From the human T2T-CHM13v2.0 reference genome, Homo sapiens: 64,000 nucleotides of DNA. Positions within the stretch are counted from its first letter, which is position 1. Each line of letters starts with the position of its first letter. The translations under genes and the position numbers were made by a program. The stretch lies in NCBI RefSeq assembly GCF_009914755.1, contig NC_060928.1; one strand, 5' to 3'. The notes beneath the pieces are model-generated. The model searched no databases. It had not been told where the DNA came from and saw only the letters and a list, made by a program, of their open reading frames with translations. Below, piece after piece: positions 1 to 14,739 of this stretch.

Positions 1-314
1 GGGCACTGTGACTCACGCATGTAATCCAAGCACTGCGCAAGGCCAAGGCAGGGGGGATCCCCCGAGGTCAGGAGTTTGAGACCAGCCTGACCAACATGGT
101 GAAACCTCGTCTCTACTAAAAATACAAAAAAATTAGCCAGGCGTGGTGGTGGGTGCCTGTATTCCCAGCTACTTGGGAGGCTGAAGCACTAGAATTCCTT
201 TAACTCAGGAGGCGGAGGTTGCAGTGAGCAGAGATTGCGTCATTGCACTCAAGCCTGGGTGACAAGAGCAAAACTCCGTCTCAAAAAACAAAACAAAGCA
301 AAACAAAAACAAAA
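1..314 (+). mobile_element. Alu SINE (AluS-type), first bases cut by window edge
   Basis: Dimeric Alu consensus (ctcacgcatgtaatccaagcact...gaggtcaggagtttgagaccagcctg...ctccgtctc) with an A/CAAAA-rich tail. Confidence 0.97.
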
Positions 315-1799
315 GGAAAACACAGAAAGTGAGCTACTTTATAACTTTTTTCTATTTATTGTCATTTACTATATTTGATTGATAATTAGTAATTATCCTT
401 ATATAAAAACTTGATAGAAAACTTATTGTAATAATTTGGTTAAAATATTATGTATGTTTTATTATAAATCAAAATCTGCACCAGCTATGATTTTAATACA
501 AACTATTTTCTCGGCCATGTTATAAATGTGAAAAATTTATGCTGAATCAAAATATTCATATATAAAGAAAATAGAATGGTGAAAGAATAGCAAACATTCA
601 ATATCCATCTGGCATTATAGTTACTAATTTTATCCTCTCATCAAATTTTTCAATAAAGGATATGAAGAGGATGACAGAAACACTTAAAATAATTTGCTTC
701 AAGAAAACATAAAATGTTTGAGGTAAAGGAAAAGTAGAATAAAAATAACGTATTAAGTTCGGTCTGTATATACTCTTCAAAAGTATTGAAAATTAAGATA
801 ACCAGATATTTTCCTTTTTTATGTGTTTACTCATGGTAATTTCCTCCATCCTTCTATTGATTATATGTTACAATACCTTTATCCTATTAAGATTATTACA
901 TAAACATTTTAATGAAAAATATTTTTTGAACAAAATTTGTTTAGCATCATTGAGGAAGAAATCTAATCATTACAAATAGCTAATCTTTTAAAAATTGTAC
1001 GTTAGAGAACAATTTTTTAAAGTAAAAAATTATTGAGGCAGCATTTATTTAGAATATATAGCTGGGGAAGCCAAATTACAATGTATTGAATCATTATGTA
1101 TTCTAATTACATTATGGGCATTGCAGAAAATGCAGTGTATCTGAATATTTTTATGCACCAAGCATACAAAGACAATCCTCAGAAGAAAGTAGAATAACAG
1201 AACTATTAGTATTTGAAATTATAGCATCCTTGAAATTTTGGAAACACAGATTCAAAATCAACAAAAAATAATTAACTATGAATCATCTCGTAATATACTA
1301 TACTATATTTGTATACATTATTCAAAAAATTGTTCATTTTCAGGCAGATTGTATTAACAACATAAATGCATAATACATAAAATGAGAAATAAAACTGTGA
1401 AGAATACATACATAAAATTATTCAGACTTATTAGTAACAAATAAAATGCTCAATACATGATAGGGGCATGTCAAAAGTATGTGGAGCTAGTTTGGAGAAG
1501 CTTCCAATGGCCAAACCTGAAAAATAACTGAGCAACAATAATAGTAATAGATTGTAACCATGGGAAAAATAAATATCCATAAGTCTGTGTTGATATATAT
1601 AAATAATTGAATGAATAAATAAATGGCAGTGAAAGAATTGTTCTTCCTTACAGTAGAATTCCAATCAATAAATGAAGAAATTATGAAAATATAAAATAAA
1701 CACTTAGTGAACATTACCCTATTATTTGCTGTAGGCAAGAATTATCAGTAGATGCTACACTTAATGAATAAAAGTATGATTAAAAATAGGTTAATTGCA

Positions 1800-2285
1800 T
1801 AGTGTCAAATGATCTCCCAAGAAAATATGCATAAATTACAAAGGCAAAAATCATAGTGGAGAAACTTGTCAGATTCCACCTTAACCAAATGATCAATGTT
1901 ATATTTACTGCAGAAATATTAATATGACACCTTGCTTGATATTATGCACTGAGAAGGACATGATGTTATACGTGTGGTATCTGCACAATCAGAATTTATT
2001 CACAATAAAAACCAAACCCAAATTTAGAGATATCTACAGAATAACTGGACAGTATCATTTAAACATGTCAAAATCATGAAAGACAAATCTCTTCTGGATT
2101 GGAGGTGATTAAGGAGACATGAAGTGAAATGCATTGTGGGACTGCGCCTGAAAAAGGACATTAGTAGTATAACTGGTAGGTTGAATAAAGTTTGCAGATT
2201 AGTTAATACTACTGTCCCAACATTAATTTTGTGTTTTCACAATTGCATTATGATTTTATAAAGTATTAATATTTGGGGAAGCTAA
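1800..2285 (+). mobile_element. Old L1M (L1MC/L1MD-like) 3' UTR fragment
   Basis: ggagaaacttgtcagattccaccttaaccaaatgatcaatgtt resembles L1MC/MD 3' end consensus; degenerate, boundaries approximate. Confidence 0.65.
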
Positions 2286-2287
2286 GT

Positions 2288-2386
2288 GAGTTTAAGTTTG
2301 CAATGAGCTATGTTTATGATCATGCTACTCTACTCCAGCCTGGGTGACGGAGCCCCTGTTTCAAAAAAAAAAAAAAAAAAAGAAAA
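2288..2386 (+). mobile_element. 5'-truncated Alu/FLAM 3' fragment with poly(A)
   Basis: gcaatgagctatg...tactccagcctgggtgacggagcc...tc followed by an A-run. Confidence 0.85.
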
Positions 2387-2593
2387 TTTATAATTTAACT
2401 AGAAATATATTCAATAATTTATATAGAGAATTTAATTAGAAATATAATTTATAGTTTTATATATAATTTAACTATATTGCTTTGTATAATTTAACTATGT
2501 GATATATATATGTAGGAACATATATATATGTGGTTATACATAGGATATTTATATGGTTATATATAGGCATCATGTATATATTCTATATATAAC

Positions 2594-2596
<3 letters not shown>

Positions 2597-2641
<45 letters not shown>
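2597..2641. repeat. (CA)n microsatellite, about 22 units
   Basis: Uninterrupted AC repeat. Confidence 0.98.
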
Positions 2642-2645
<4 letters not shown>

Positions 2646-2819
2646 AAATGTTTGGAAAGTTAAATTACAATACAATGCCAAATGCAATATATGAATAAGT
2701 ACTTTTTGGTATAGAGGGGAAGAAGAGGTTGTTACACTCTAATATTTCAGGAAAGCATCAAGTTCAAATTGATTTTCCTGAGTAGGATTGAAATTATCCT
2801 AAACGTGAATGCAAGATAA

Positions 2820-3452
<633 letters not shown>

Positions 3453-4329
3453 TTTCTTCACAATAACTTTATTAGATATTTTCTATCATTTTATTCTCTT
3501 TTATGAATTAGAAACAGGCCTTTAAAGATGATGTGAATTGTCAGAGATAAAGTGGAGGAGCCAGTTGGTCTGACTCTGGAGCCATATTTCCCTAAAAAGA
3601 AGAGATGCTCTACTAGAGATTAAAGTTGTTGTTTTTTTTCCTGATCTAGGGAGATGTGTACCAGAGAGGACAAATCTCCCCGGAGACATGGAAGGAATTT
3701 ATGATGTGAATGCTTCATAAGTAATCATGCTCTTTTGTCAGAGCTGGATGGTAATCACTGCTCTAGTGTTTGTGGGTTATTTTTAAAAAGCTACCAGAAC
3801 TCTTTATATATAAAAAAATGCCCCTTGCTTCTGTGGCCTTAGCTCACTTGGAAGCAATCAAACTGAACAATAGTCTAGGCAGACAAAGTAATCAGTTCTT
3901 CTGTGTTTAAGGACCTGAAATGAGGGTGCCTGAATGTGGAGAGGGAATGGAGAATTGAAAAGTAGTTGAATCTATGGTAAAATTATGGGCCAAACCTGGG
4001 CACTTCTAGATCCCACTGCAAGGAAACAACAATAGAAACTGAGAGTCATAGGAGTGTATATCCAAGGGAAAAGTTTATAAGTTCAGTTTTAGAAATATTG
4101 AAAGTGAGATTCACTTAAGCCATCCTAATTTAGATGTTTGGTTAAAACTATTTTAACTCCAGAAAGTGATTTGGGATTTGGATATAGGTTTGGCTGGTCA
4201 TCAGTACGTTAACAAGTAGTATATTAGCAAGCATAATACAGATTTTAGCAGACACAGTCCAGTTGATACAATGTGATCTGTAAACTCAATGAAGTCCTAG
4301 CAATCTGTACAATCTTATCCTTCATGAAA

Positions 4330-4620
4330 GTCCATGTAGCAATAACACATGGCCAGATAATTGAAAGGACTAAGAAGACTAAAAAGAGAACTCACAAGAC
4401 TCCATAGAAAATTCTATAATAAAGCTTTAAGAAAGGTAAAGATACAGTACAGCAGGAAAAAGAATTGTAGTCAACCATAGCAACGTCTGCAAACCTTCAG
4501 GTGCAGATCCCAGGGCTCTTTCTCATCACATAGAATAACTTTGTCTTTAGATTGTTACACCAAGATATGTGTGAGATATCTTGGTCTCAGGGCAACCAAA
4601 ACTTGACTTTCACAGATAAG
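4330..4620. mobile_element. Possible degenerate MER21/MER77-like LTR fragment
   Basis: gaactcacaagac...aaaggtaaagatacagtacagcagg loosely resembles MER21-group LTRs, and resembles 60770-60860. Confidence 0.35.
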
Positions 4621-4628
4621 CCCTGAAC

Positions 4629-4925
4629 TTTTTTTTTTTTTTTTTGAGACAGAGTCTCACTGTTGCCTAGGCTGGAGTGCAGTGGCATGATGTCTGCTTA
4701 CTGCAAACTTGCCTCCCAGGTTCAAGCAATTCTCCTGTCTCAGCCTCCCAAGTAGCTGGGACTACAAGCATGAGCCACCATGCCAAGTTTTTTTTTTTGT
4801 ATTTTGGTAGAGACACGGTTTCACCATGTTGACCAGGCTGGTCTTGAACTCCTGACCTCAAATGATCCGCCCACCTCGGCCTCTTAAAGTACTGGGATTA
4901 CAGGTGTGAGCCACTGTGCCCGGCC
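4629..4925 (-). mobile_element. Alu (AluS)
   Basis: Poly-T then gagacagagtctcac...gtgcccggcc. Confidence 0.97.
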
Positions 4926-6238
4926 AAACTCTGACCTTTAAAACTGTATTTTATTGATACTTGCTGAGATTTCCTTTCTCTGGAACACTTTTTCTCTACT
5001 CTCTGATCCCTCTCTCTCCACATTATCTTAGCTCTCCTTCCCTGAGCAGTCTCAATGTACTGTCTGCAAATATTTGCTAGATATTTCTGAAATCTTCGTG
5101 TATACCACCTCAGAACTTTTTGGTCTTCCTGAGGTCGTTAGCTACTCCCTGTGAAGTCTGCCCTTTTGTAGTGCCTTTGATGACACACTCAAATTGGAGT
5201 CTGCAAAGAATTTTCCTCTTACTAACTCAGTTTCACTGCTCTATTGCAGACCCATTTGCCATATGCAGGGTGTAGCCGTAACGTTTCTGCCAGGCATGTT
5301 TGTTATTTCTGAAATTCTGTGATTGTAGGATCCATCATTACCACTCCTGTTCCTTTGATTTAAAAACCCTCTGCTCCTGCCATCTTTGGGAGTGACTTGC
5401 TACTTTCAAGCCATGTTTTCAGGTGGAATTTCTATGACAACATTTGAAGATGTCATCCAAGTTTGCTGTTAGTTTTAATTTAGTTATCCTAGTTGTTTTA
5501 TCTGGTGTTTAGTAGAAGAAGGGGGAAGAAAGATTGAAAATGAAACTTCTGCATTCTCCTACCATAACCTGAACCACCAATTCAAGTCAAATTTGGTAAC
5601 ACACGTTGCCCCAGGGAGTTACACATTGCATCAAGGTGTTCAAAATTATTTGATAAAATTGTGTATCAGTAAAAGTGATTTTTAGTCTATGCTTAAAATA
5701 AAGGACTTTATTTTATTAATATAAATTGGGCTGTAAACTATGCTTTTAATGAATATAAATATTTTGAAACAAAGTAAAAGTACTGCTGTGTAAGTACATG
5801 TAGGATGGAGTGAGTTCACTTATATGTGTATTCATCTATGTATACATGTTTATTGGTATATGCACATATAAATGTTAGTAGTTAGTAAAGCAAGCTTAGG
5901 TAGCATTTACCAAATTAGTAGTCCACAAATAAACATTTTCTTACCACTTTGTCAAATATACCTTATTAAATAGAGCTATCAGGTACGAGAAAAACAATTT
6001 GCCTTTATGGAGTGATGAAGACACACTCTAGTTTTGCTAATGGATCGACAACATTTTACCTAGACATTAAAAGCATATATGTACTTAGAAGAATCTGTGT
6101 CTCTTATCATATTTCATTTTTAAAGGAACATCACAGTTGAGGTTTCCAAGTTATTTAAAAATAATTGCAACAAGAGACAAATAGCAGTTCACCAAGAAAA
6201 TCTACAGTGAAGAACAATATCTTTTTCTCTTCTATCAG

Positions 6239-6686
<448 letters not shown>

Positions 6687-6738
6687 TCACCCCATCATTT
6701 AACTGGGCAATTAGCTTTGTCAAAAACATACTTTTGTA

Positions 6739-6903
6739 TTTTTTAAGACGGGGTCTTTGCTGTGTTGTCCAGGCTGGAGTGCGGTGGCTATTCACAGGCA
6801 TGATCAGTGCACACTATAGCTTTGAACTCCTGTCCTCAAGTGATCCTCCCACCTCAGCCTCCTGAGTAGCTGGTACTATTGGTGAATGTCACTGCACCCG
6901 GCC
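6739..6903 (-). mobile_element. FAM (fossil Alu monomer)
   Basis: Single monomer carrying the 7SL-derived segment ggctattcacaggcatgatc, typical of FAM rather than FLAM or dimeric Alu. Confidence 0.85.
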
Positions 6904-6967
6904 TTGCATTTGGTATTTGAGGAATGTTACCATGTGTTAAAATGCATATTCTGAGTCCTATATAGTA

Positions 6968-9300
6968 CAGATGTACCTCACAGATACTGTGGCTTCAATT
7001 CCGGACCACTGTAATAAAGCACATACTGCAATAAAGCAAGTCACAGATTTTTTTGGTTTCCTGGTACCTATAAAATTTATATTTACACTATGTTGTAATC
7101 TTTTAAGTCTGCAATAGCATTATGTCTAAAAAAATGTACAAACCTTAATTTAAAAATACTTTATTGCTAAAAAATGCTAACAGTCATCTGATACTTCAGT
7201 GAGTCATAATCTTTTTACTTGTAAGGGGTCTTGCCTTGGCATTCGTGGCTGCTGATCAATCAGGGTGGTGGTTACTGAAGGTAAGGGTGGCTGTGGAAAT
7301 TTCCAAGCATAAGACAGCAAGGTGGTTGTGAAAGTTTTCAAAAATAAGACAACAATTAAATTTGCTGCATTGATTGATTCTCCTTTTCACAAAATATTTC
7401 TCTGTAGTATGCAATGCTGTTTGATAGCATTTACACATAGTAGAACTTCTTTCAGAATTGGAGTCCATCCTCTCAAGCTCTGATGCTGCTTTACCAACCA
7501 ATATGGAATATTCTAAATCCTTTGTTGGCATTTCAACAATGTTCACAGCATCTTCACCAAGAGTAGGTTTCATCTCAGGAAACCACTTTCTTTGCTCATT
7601 CATAAGAAACAACTTCTTATCCACTCAAGCTTTATCATGAGATTGCAGCAATCCAGTTACATTTTCAGGTTCTACTTCTAATTCTAGTTCTTTTGCTATT
7701 TCTACCACATGTGCAGTTACTTCCTCCTCTGAAGTCTGGAACCCCTCAAAGTCATCCATGAGGGTTGGAATCAACTTCTTCCACACTCCTGTTAATGTTG
7801 ATGTTTTTACCTCCTCCCTTGAATCTCAAATGTTGTTAATGGAATCTGGAATGGTGAATCCTTTCCTCGACCCATGAGCTGCAGAATGCTTTTGTATTAG
7901 TGGGCATAGAAACACTGATCACTTTGTACCTCTTTATCAGAGCTCTTGGGTGACCAGATGCATTTTCAATGAGCAGTAATATTTTTAAATGAATCTTTCT
8001 TTTTTTCTGAGCCATAGGTCGTAACAGTGGGTTTAAAATATTCAGTAACCCATGCTGTAGACAGACGTGCTGTCATTAGGCTTTGTTGTTTCATTTATAA
8101 AGCACAGGCAGAATAGATTTAGCATGGGGGCCCAGGATTTTCAGAATGGTCAATGAGCACTGGCTTCAACTTCAAATTGCCTGCTTCATTTAGCCCCTAA
8201 CAAGAAAATTAGTCTTTTTTTTAAAAAAAGCCTTGAAGCTAGGCATTGACTTCTCCTCTCTAGCTATGAAGGTTCTACATTGCATCATCTTCCAGTGAAA
8301 GGCTGTTTTGTCTACAATGAAAATCTGTTTTGTAGTGTATCCACTTATATCAATGACCTCAGCTAGATCTTCTAGATATCTTCTAGATAACTTGCTGCAA
8401 TTTCTACTTAGCACTTGCTACTTCATCTTGCATTTTTATGCTATAGATCCAGCTTCTTTGCTTAAACCTCATAAGCCAATCTCTGCTACCTTCCAGCTCT
8501 TCTTTTACAACTTCCTAACCTCTCTCAGCCTTCATAGAATTGAAGAAGGTTGAGATCTTGTTGGGATCAGATTTGGGCTAAGGAAATGTTGTGGCTTGTT
8601 TGCTTTTTTTATCCAGACCTCTCAAACTTTCTCCATATCAGCCATAAGGCTGTTTAACTTATCATTTATCTGTAGCATTCACTGGAGTAGCACTTTTAAT
8701 TTCTTTCAAGAACTCTTCCTTTGCATTTACAGCTTGGCTGACTGGCACAAGAGGCCTAGCTTCTGACCTGTCTTGGATTTCAACATGCCTTCCTCACTAA
8801 GCTTAATCATTTCTAGCTTTTGATTTAAAATGAGAGACGTATGAGTCTTCATTTCACTTGAACACTTAGAGGCCATTGTAAGATTACTCCTTGGCCTAAT
8901 TTTAATATTGTCGTGTCTCAGAAAACAGTGAGGTCTGAGGCGAGGGAAAAAGATGGGGAAATGGCTAGTCAGTGCAGCAGTCAGAATACACACAACATTT
9001 ATTGCTTAAGTTTGCTATCTTACATGGGTGGAGTCCATGTCACCCCAAAGCAATTACATTAGTGACATAAAAGATCACTGATCACAGATCACCATAACAT
9101 ATATAATAATGATGAAAAAGTTTAAAATATGATGAGAATTACCAAAGTGTGACACAAAGGCACAATATGAGCACAGGCTGTTGGAAAAAATTGCACCATC
9201 AAGCATGGTTGATGCAGAGTTGCTACAATCCTTTCATTTGTAAAAAATGAAGTGTCTGCAAAGTGCAGTAAAACAAAGTGCAATCAAATGAAGCAAGCCT
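6968..9300 (-). mobile_element. Tigger1 DNA transposon (TcMar-Tigger), near full-length, decayed transposase
   Basis: Left end ta|cagatgtacctc...ggaccactgtaataaagc matches the Tigger1 terminus; minus-strand ORF fragments LNQKLEMIKLSEEG, GYTTKQIF..DKTAFHWK..RTFIAREEKSMP and MNEQRKWF..GEDAVNIVEM are Tigger transposase; length about 2.33 kb. Confidence 0.93.
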
Positions 9301-10604
9301 TTGTTTCGAAACACCTTACCTCTAGACTGAAAATGAATTTAGATTAACATCTTTGTTTGTTTCTAAATATCCCAAGATGTCATGCATATACAATTCCCTA
9401 AAACGAAAACCCTATACCACATTATCAGAAGTTACATACACAGTGGCCCAGATTGAATGACATAGTATTTACATTTGTTGTTTTATTTAAATCACATCCT
9501 CACAATGGAGTCACATTGAGATATATTAGGTTAGAAGAAGAAATGTATTTGAAACTGTACTAGAACACGTTAGTCAGGAAAAACATTTTCTTCTGCCTGT
9601 TTATTTCACGGAATGGATATTGTGGTAAAGTGTGAGGAACCCAATCAAAAACTGGGTAACTGCTATGTCTAGAAAATCAGGGCTGTGGCATTGTTGACAT
9701 ATGTCAGTGTTTATGCCTGTGGATGCAACAGCCTAAGAATAAAAAGCATCACTATCACTTTGCCCAGAGCATATTCTGAAACACTTCCTTCCAGTAATAA
9801 GGAAAGTTTTGAATAATGTGGAGATATTGAGAAAAATAATTCAATTCAAAGAAAACTCAAGAAAATCAACATAAATATTTGGGCTAGGTATTTTCCAGGT
9901 GTTCTTTTACCATATTTACTATCTAGAACTGCTCTTACACATATGTTTATAAATAATACTAGTCTCTATGGTGTCTGAGTTACTCCTTTCCCATGCTTTG
10001 TTTCCTAAGAGTTAGAACACAGGATTCATTTGCTCCACTCAAATAAATATACTTCTGTGAATACCAGGTTCCCCATCACCTACTTCAGCAGGATTACATG
10101 AGGAGCAAATGTCTAGTGCCTGGCACATAGTAGGCCTTCAAATAACTGAAGTTACTTTAAGCAGTTTCTTCATAAGAATGGCTAAACAGTCATAGTATTT
10201 GTTGGGTAGCCTGTTGTGAAAGGCCAGTTTATTATGATTTTTTGTTTTAGTTTTATTTCATTACATTGCTGACTGATATTTTCATAAAATATCATTAAGC
10301 AATAAAAGTAATAATTATCACTATTACTATTTAAGAGCCATTATTTCCTAGGTCTTAGGTAGTGACCTTTCATTCACTCACATGTTAAGACTCTGCCAAA
10401 GACTCAAATGGACCCCTCTGCAGATTAGTAGGGCACACTAACAGGCAGATCTTTGCCTCCTTTCTAGTTCTCTACCTAGCATATTGTAGCCACCTGTCCA
10501 AACTGCAGTCCCTTCTCTTTTCTCTCTCTCTCTCTTTTTTTTTTTAACTTAACAAGTTATTTTCTCTTTATTGTTTTGTTTCCTTCCTCCAATTCTATTT
10601 CTTC

Positions 10605-10760
10605 TTCTTTTTTGTTAACTTTTATTTTAGGCTCAGGGGTACATGTGCAGGTTTGTTATACAGATAAATTCTGTGTCACGGGGGTTTAGTGTACAGATTT
10701 TTTCATCACCCAGGTAATAAGTATAGTACCTTCTAGGTAGTGTTTCCATCACCCCGTTCT
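10605..10760 (-). mobile_element. Short L1PA(15-16)/L1PB-type 3' end
   Basis: ttttattttaggctcaggggtacatgtgcaggtttgtta...catcacccaggtaataagtatagtacc. Confidence 0.85.
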
Positions 10761-11375
10761 GGCCCAAGACTCCTGGGCTGACCCATCCCTGCTGCCACCA
10801 ACTTCCAAGTGGGGCAGCTGCTTAGCACTAGTGAAGGATGGGAGGACCACAGCTTTCAGTTCCTTTTGCCCCTGCTGTTCAGTGGGTCCCAGGTTCTTGT
10901 TGCATGTCCAAGAGTGAGGTTACACTGACAATTGCAGGGTGAGGAGGGTGGAGAAGAATTTTGTTGAGCGACAGAACAGCTCTCAGTTCAGAGGGGATGC
11001 GAGGGTGGTTCACCCAAAGTCAGTGGTTTTTCGCCCACTGTGGCTGTGTGCAGGACTTTTATGAGCTCAGAATGGGGGAGTGCCTGATGGTTGGTTTGTG
11101 GGTACGCAAAAAAGCTAAAACAAAGGCACCACTCAAAGGTAGGCATGACAGTGTAAAAAAAACAATTAGGGAAGGGTAGGTATATGTAAAAGAGGTGGAG
11201 GATGAGGCTCAATCAGAGGGAAGTGCGCCACCGGGAAGAGAGGTTCTCAATCTGGTGCATGGATTTGACTTGTAGCTTGGCTTTCAGGCTTTAAACTGTC
11301 TTGGCTTGAAGATGTGGCTTCACTGAGGACCTGCCCCTATTTGCATAGGCATTTGACTACCTCTTGCTGCTATCA
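10760..11375 (-). mobile_element. ERV1 LTR (MER52/LTR27-28-like), partial
   Basis: ttgagcgacagaacagctctcag and terminal gacctgcccctatttgcataggcatttg...ctgctatca are typical of this LTR group. Confidence 0.7.
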
Positions 11376-11499
11376 CAATGTCTAGAAAATATTGTTTCAA
11401 ACATATTGTCTGGTATTCTAGTTCTTTAATTTAGTTCCTGATATACCATATTAGGGAACAGAAGCAGTTGCCCTCTCTCTCCTTGCACAGTTTAGTTTG

Positions 11500-12800
11500 T
11501 CTTCTTTTGTTTTTATCCTCTTGGCACTTTAAAGCTGTCATTTTACTCTCTCCTGGCCTCCATTCTTTCTGATGAGAAGCCAACATTCATTGTTACTCTC
11601 CCGGCTCTGTAGGCAGTAGGTAATGTGCTATTGCATTGAAACTTTGGTCATTTGGTTATCCGTATTATTTTTTCTTGTGTTTATGTTCGGGTAATTTCTA
11701 TTCACCAGTCTTCAATGGCATGGATGGTTTATAATTTTGTGTCTAATCTGTTGTTAATTGCAATAGATTTTTAAAATTTAGGCATTCAATTTTTTTAGTT
11801 TTGTATTTTGATTTAGTTCTTTTTTAATATTTTACATCTGTCGTAAAAGTCCATATGTTCACCTATTACATCTATAATTTTCTGTGAAATCTTTGATATA
11901 TTTGTTTTCCTTCTTTTATTTTATTTATGTTAATATTTTGAGACAAGGTCTTACTCTGCTGCCCAGGCTGGAGTGCAGTGGGACAAACATGGCTCACTGC
12001 AGCCTGAACATCCTGGACACAAGCGATCCTCCTGCCTCAGCCTCCAAAGGAGCTGGGACCATGGGCACATGCCACCACACATGGCTAATTTATTAAATTT
12101 TTTGTAGTGATGGGGTCTCCCTATATTGCCCAGGCTAGTCTTGAACTCCTGGGCTCAAGCAGTCCTTCCACCTTGGCCTCCCAAAATGTTAGATTACAGG
12201 CATGAATCACCATGTATTTTCCTGATTTTAAATCTTTGGCTTCTAATAAATATTTCATTCATGGATCTATGTCTATTGGCTGATTTTTCGCTAGGCTCCA
12301 AGTCAAATTATGTTTGATTTTCCACGTCTAGTAATGTTTAAGTTACATCTTGCATATTGAGATGTAGTATTATAGAGGCTAAGGCTTCTGTTATGTTTAT
12401 GTGAGAGTGTTGAACCCCCACCCTCTTTTTTTTTTTTAATCGTGTAGCAGAGTTGATCTTGTGCAGTATTGTTTTTAAGCTTTGTTATTTTATTTTTGTT
12501 CTTAGGCCAGGAGCATAGCCCTAAGTCCAGGCATGTGTTCCTTTCTAAAGTGTGCTTAATGAGATTTCAGCAGATACTCAATGGTTTTTAACTAATCCTC
12601 TCCAACTCCATCTGTATCCTTTTGTTCAACAGCATCAGAAATTTCTACTGAAAATTTTTAGCCTTCCAGTTCTTGTACTTCTCCAAGCTATTTGTATGCT
12701 AGTACCACATATTTATGGTTTAGGAATCAGTCAGGAATTAGAAGGGGTGAGATACCACACCACAGACTCTCTCCTTTCCCCAGTTATCAGCCACTCTAGC
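11500..12800 (-). mobile_element. Very old L1M remnant hosting an AluJ
   Basis: ctggcctccattctttctgatgagaagc and T-rich antisense L1 ORF1-like sequence; boundaries vague. Confidence 0.5.
11935..12214 (-). mobile_element. AluJ
   Basis: gagacaaggtcttactctg...aactcctgggctcaagc...gattacaggcatgaatcacc, with J-type diagnostics. Confidence 0.93.
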
Positions 12801-13121
12801 ACACCCAAATACCAAATTCTGGCTTTTCCCCAAAAATTTCAACAGATCGTTTTTTCTTTTTTTTTCTTTTTGTGGGGGTGGGGGAGGGGACAAATATTCA
12901 GATCACAGCAAAAGTACAGGCTTCAAGAAGCCAAAACCCATGCTTGTATTTTAATTTAAACTTTATTTTTACTGAAGCTTAGGAATGCTCTCTTCCCCCT
13001 TTCTGTTGTTTGATGTGCTCTATTATATATCCTATAACTCAACAAGAACTAAAATTCAAATTTGGCCACTAAATAGAGTATCCATCCCTTTCTTCCCTCT
13101 TTTTGGCTCTTGAATCAACTC

Positions 13122-13189
13122 CTATAAATTGGTACCAAAGAATGGAGGTGCAGATAATCCTCCTAAGTCATCATTTGTGAATCTACTCC
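13122..13189 (-). pseudogene. Candidate distal exon of the minus-strand decayed gene
   Basis: Acceptor ggttttatttccag|GG; phase 1 reading SRFTNDDLGGLSAPPFFGTNL*; 3' end uncertain. Confidence 0.3.
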
Positions 13190-13513
13190 CTGGAAATAAA
13201 ACCAAACCCTAACTATTCAAAACTGAACTGCAAAATACCTTGCATCCCAGATAGAATTACAAACAGTTTACTAACAATAGTGACAGGCAAGATGAACAAA
13301 CAGAAGTCTTATGAAATTTTGAATAAAATTTACCTATGTTGTATTTGTTTGAATAATATTTTTGATGACAGACAGTTTTAGTGTTCTTTTCTCACCTTAA
13401 AAGTCTATTGTATAAATAAATTCTTTTTTGTCAAAATTAATCTATATTATATTAAAATTATCAGTGCCTTTTAATAAATTCACTTTATTCTCTGGGTTGC
13501 TTCTATTCTAACC

Positions 13514-13561
<48 letters not shown>
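13514..13561. repeat. (AGAT)12 perfect tetranucleotide STR
   Basis: 12 uninterrupted AGAT units. Confidence 0.98.
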
Positions 13562-13564
<3 letters not shown>

Positions 13565-14117
13565 GAATTTTCAATATCCTTATGAGTTATTCTCAGATAT
13601 CTTGTATAATTCCCAGAAAGCTCCCTTTCCCCACTTTTTTTGGTATAAGAAAAAAATATAACAAGTCATATCTAGAAAATTCTAAGAAAAATTTTGCATG
13701 ATTTAAAATATGACAGGACCACTCTCCCAATTTTGTGTTTTGTGGTAACTATGTAATTGTTACAAAGAAGAACAGCAATGTCATTTTCTTCAGGGCAACT
13801 TACTGGATATGAAGATTCCCAATTATAGGATATGGTCATGACAAAATTCACAAAAGCTTACCAGATACTGGGCTTCTTATTTGAATCTTAGTTGAGATAA
13901 GAAAATAATCTTTTAGAAAACATTATTATGTTCATTTTCTGCCAAATTTCTCAATTGTGTCTGTTAGTCCCTGGGATATACTAAGCATATTATTTCCCGA
14001 AGCCTTTACTTGCTATGGAAGAAATGTGGGGCTGCTTTTCAAAAACAGATAACCTCAAATAAAGACTTTAAAATAACAAATAGAAAAAAAAAACCAAACT
14101 TAAGTTCTTCTCTTTAG

Positions 14118-14180
14118 ACCTGAAGCTTTGGTAAAGCTCCGACATGGAGGACAGAATCAGCCTTTCCTTACTTAATTTAG
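14118..14180 (+). other. Candidate plus-strand exon (63 nt)
   Basis: Acceptor gttcttctctttag|A and donor AG|gtaact; no recognised protein. Confidence 0.25.
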
Positions 14181-14739
14181 GTAACTTCAGTCCAGAAAAC
14201 CATCTTACACTTCTGACATTCTTTTTGAAGTATGAAAGGTATGAATTGAGCCTTTATAGACTGGTTTAGAGATCATTTACATTTAGTATATTTTTGAATG
14301 CCAGACATTTTCAAATTACATGTTTTCCAAATTTTCTCTTATTTTTAATATACCTTCGACATACAAAAAATATTTACTCCCAGAATACATACACATATTT
14401 GCTTTCATTTAACGAAGAATCTAAAAAAAATTGTGTTTATGTAGTTTTATTAATGAAAAACTCTTGTTACAATTCAATACTTTACACTATTAAATTACCG
14501 ATTATAAGGTTGATATTTTGTCCTGTGAATACTAACTGCTTTCAAGTAAACCTCTCAAAGCCACAGAGTTGAAAAGACAAAATTATCTTTGGGCAGGCAC
14601 AAAAACAGAATTTCTTACAATTAAGTGTAATTCTACATTGGTTCTGATTTTTAGATGGAAAACTAGCAGAGAAAGAGAAAAAGAACACTCAAGCTATTAG
14701 CGTACAATTTTTAAAAAATGTTTCTTTGTACTGGGTTTG

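Noticed and set aside
7256-8993. Transposase-like ORFs as a possible domesticated TIGD gene
   Set aside because: Broken into several short frames inside an ordinary Tigger1 copy.
12552-12959. 135-aa plus-strand ORF
   Set aside because: Starts at GTG, overlaps a decayed L1 and a T-run, and shows no homology or exon structure.
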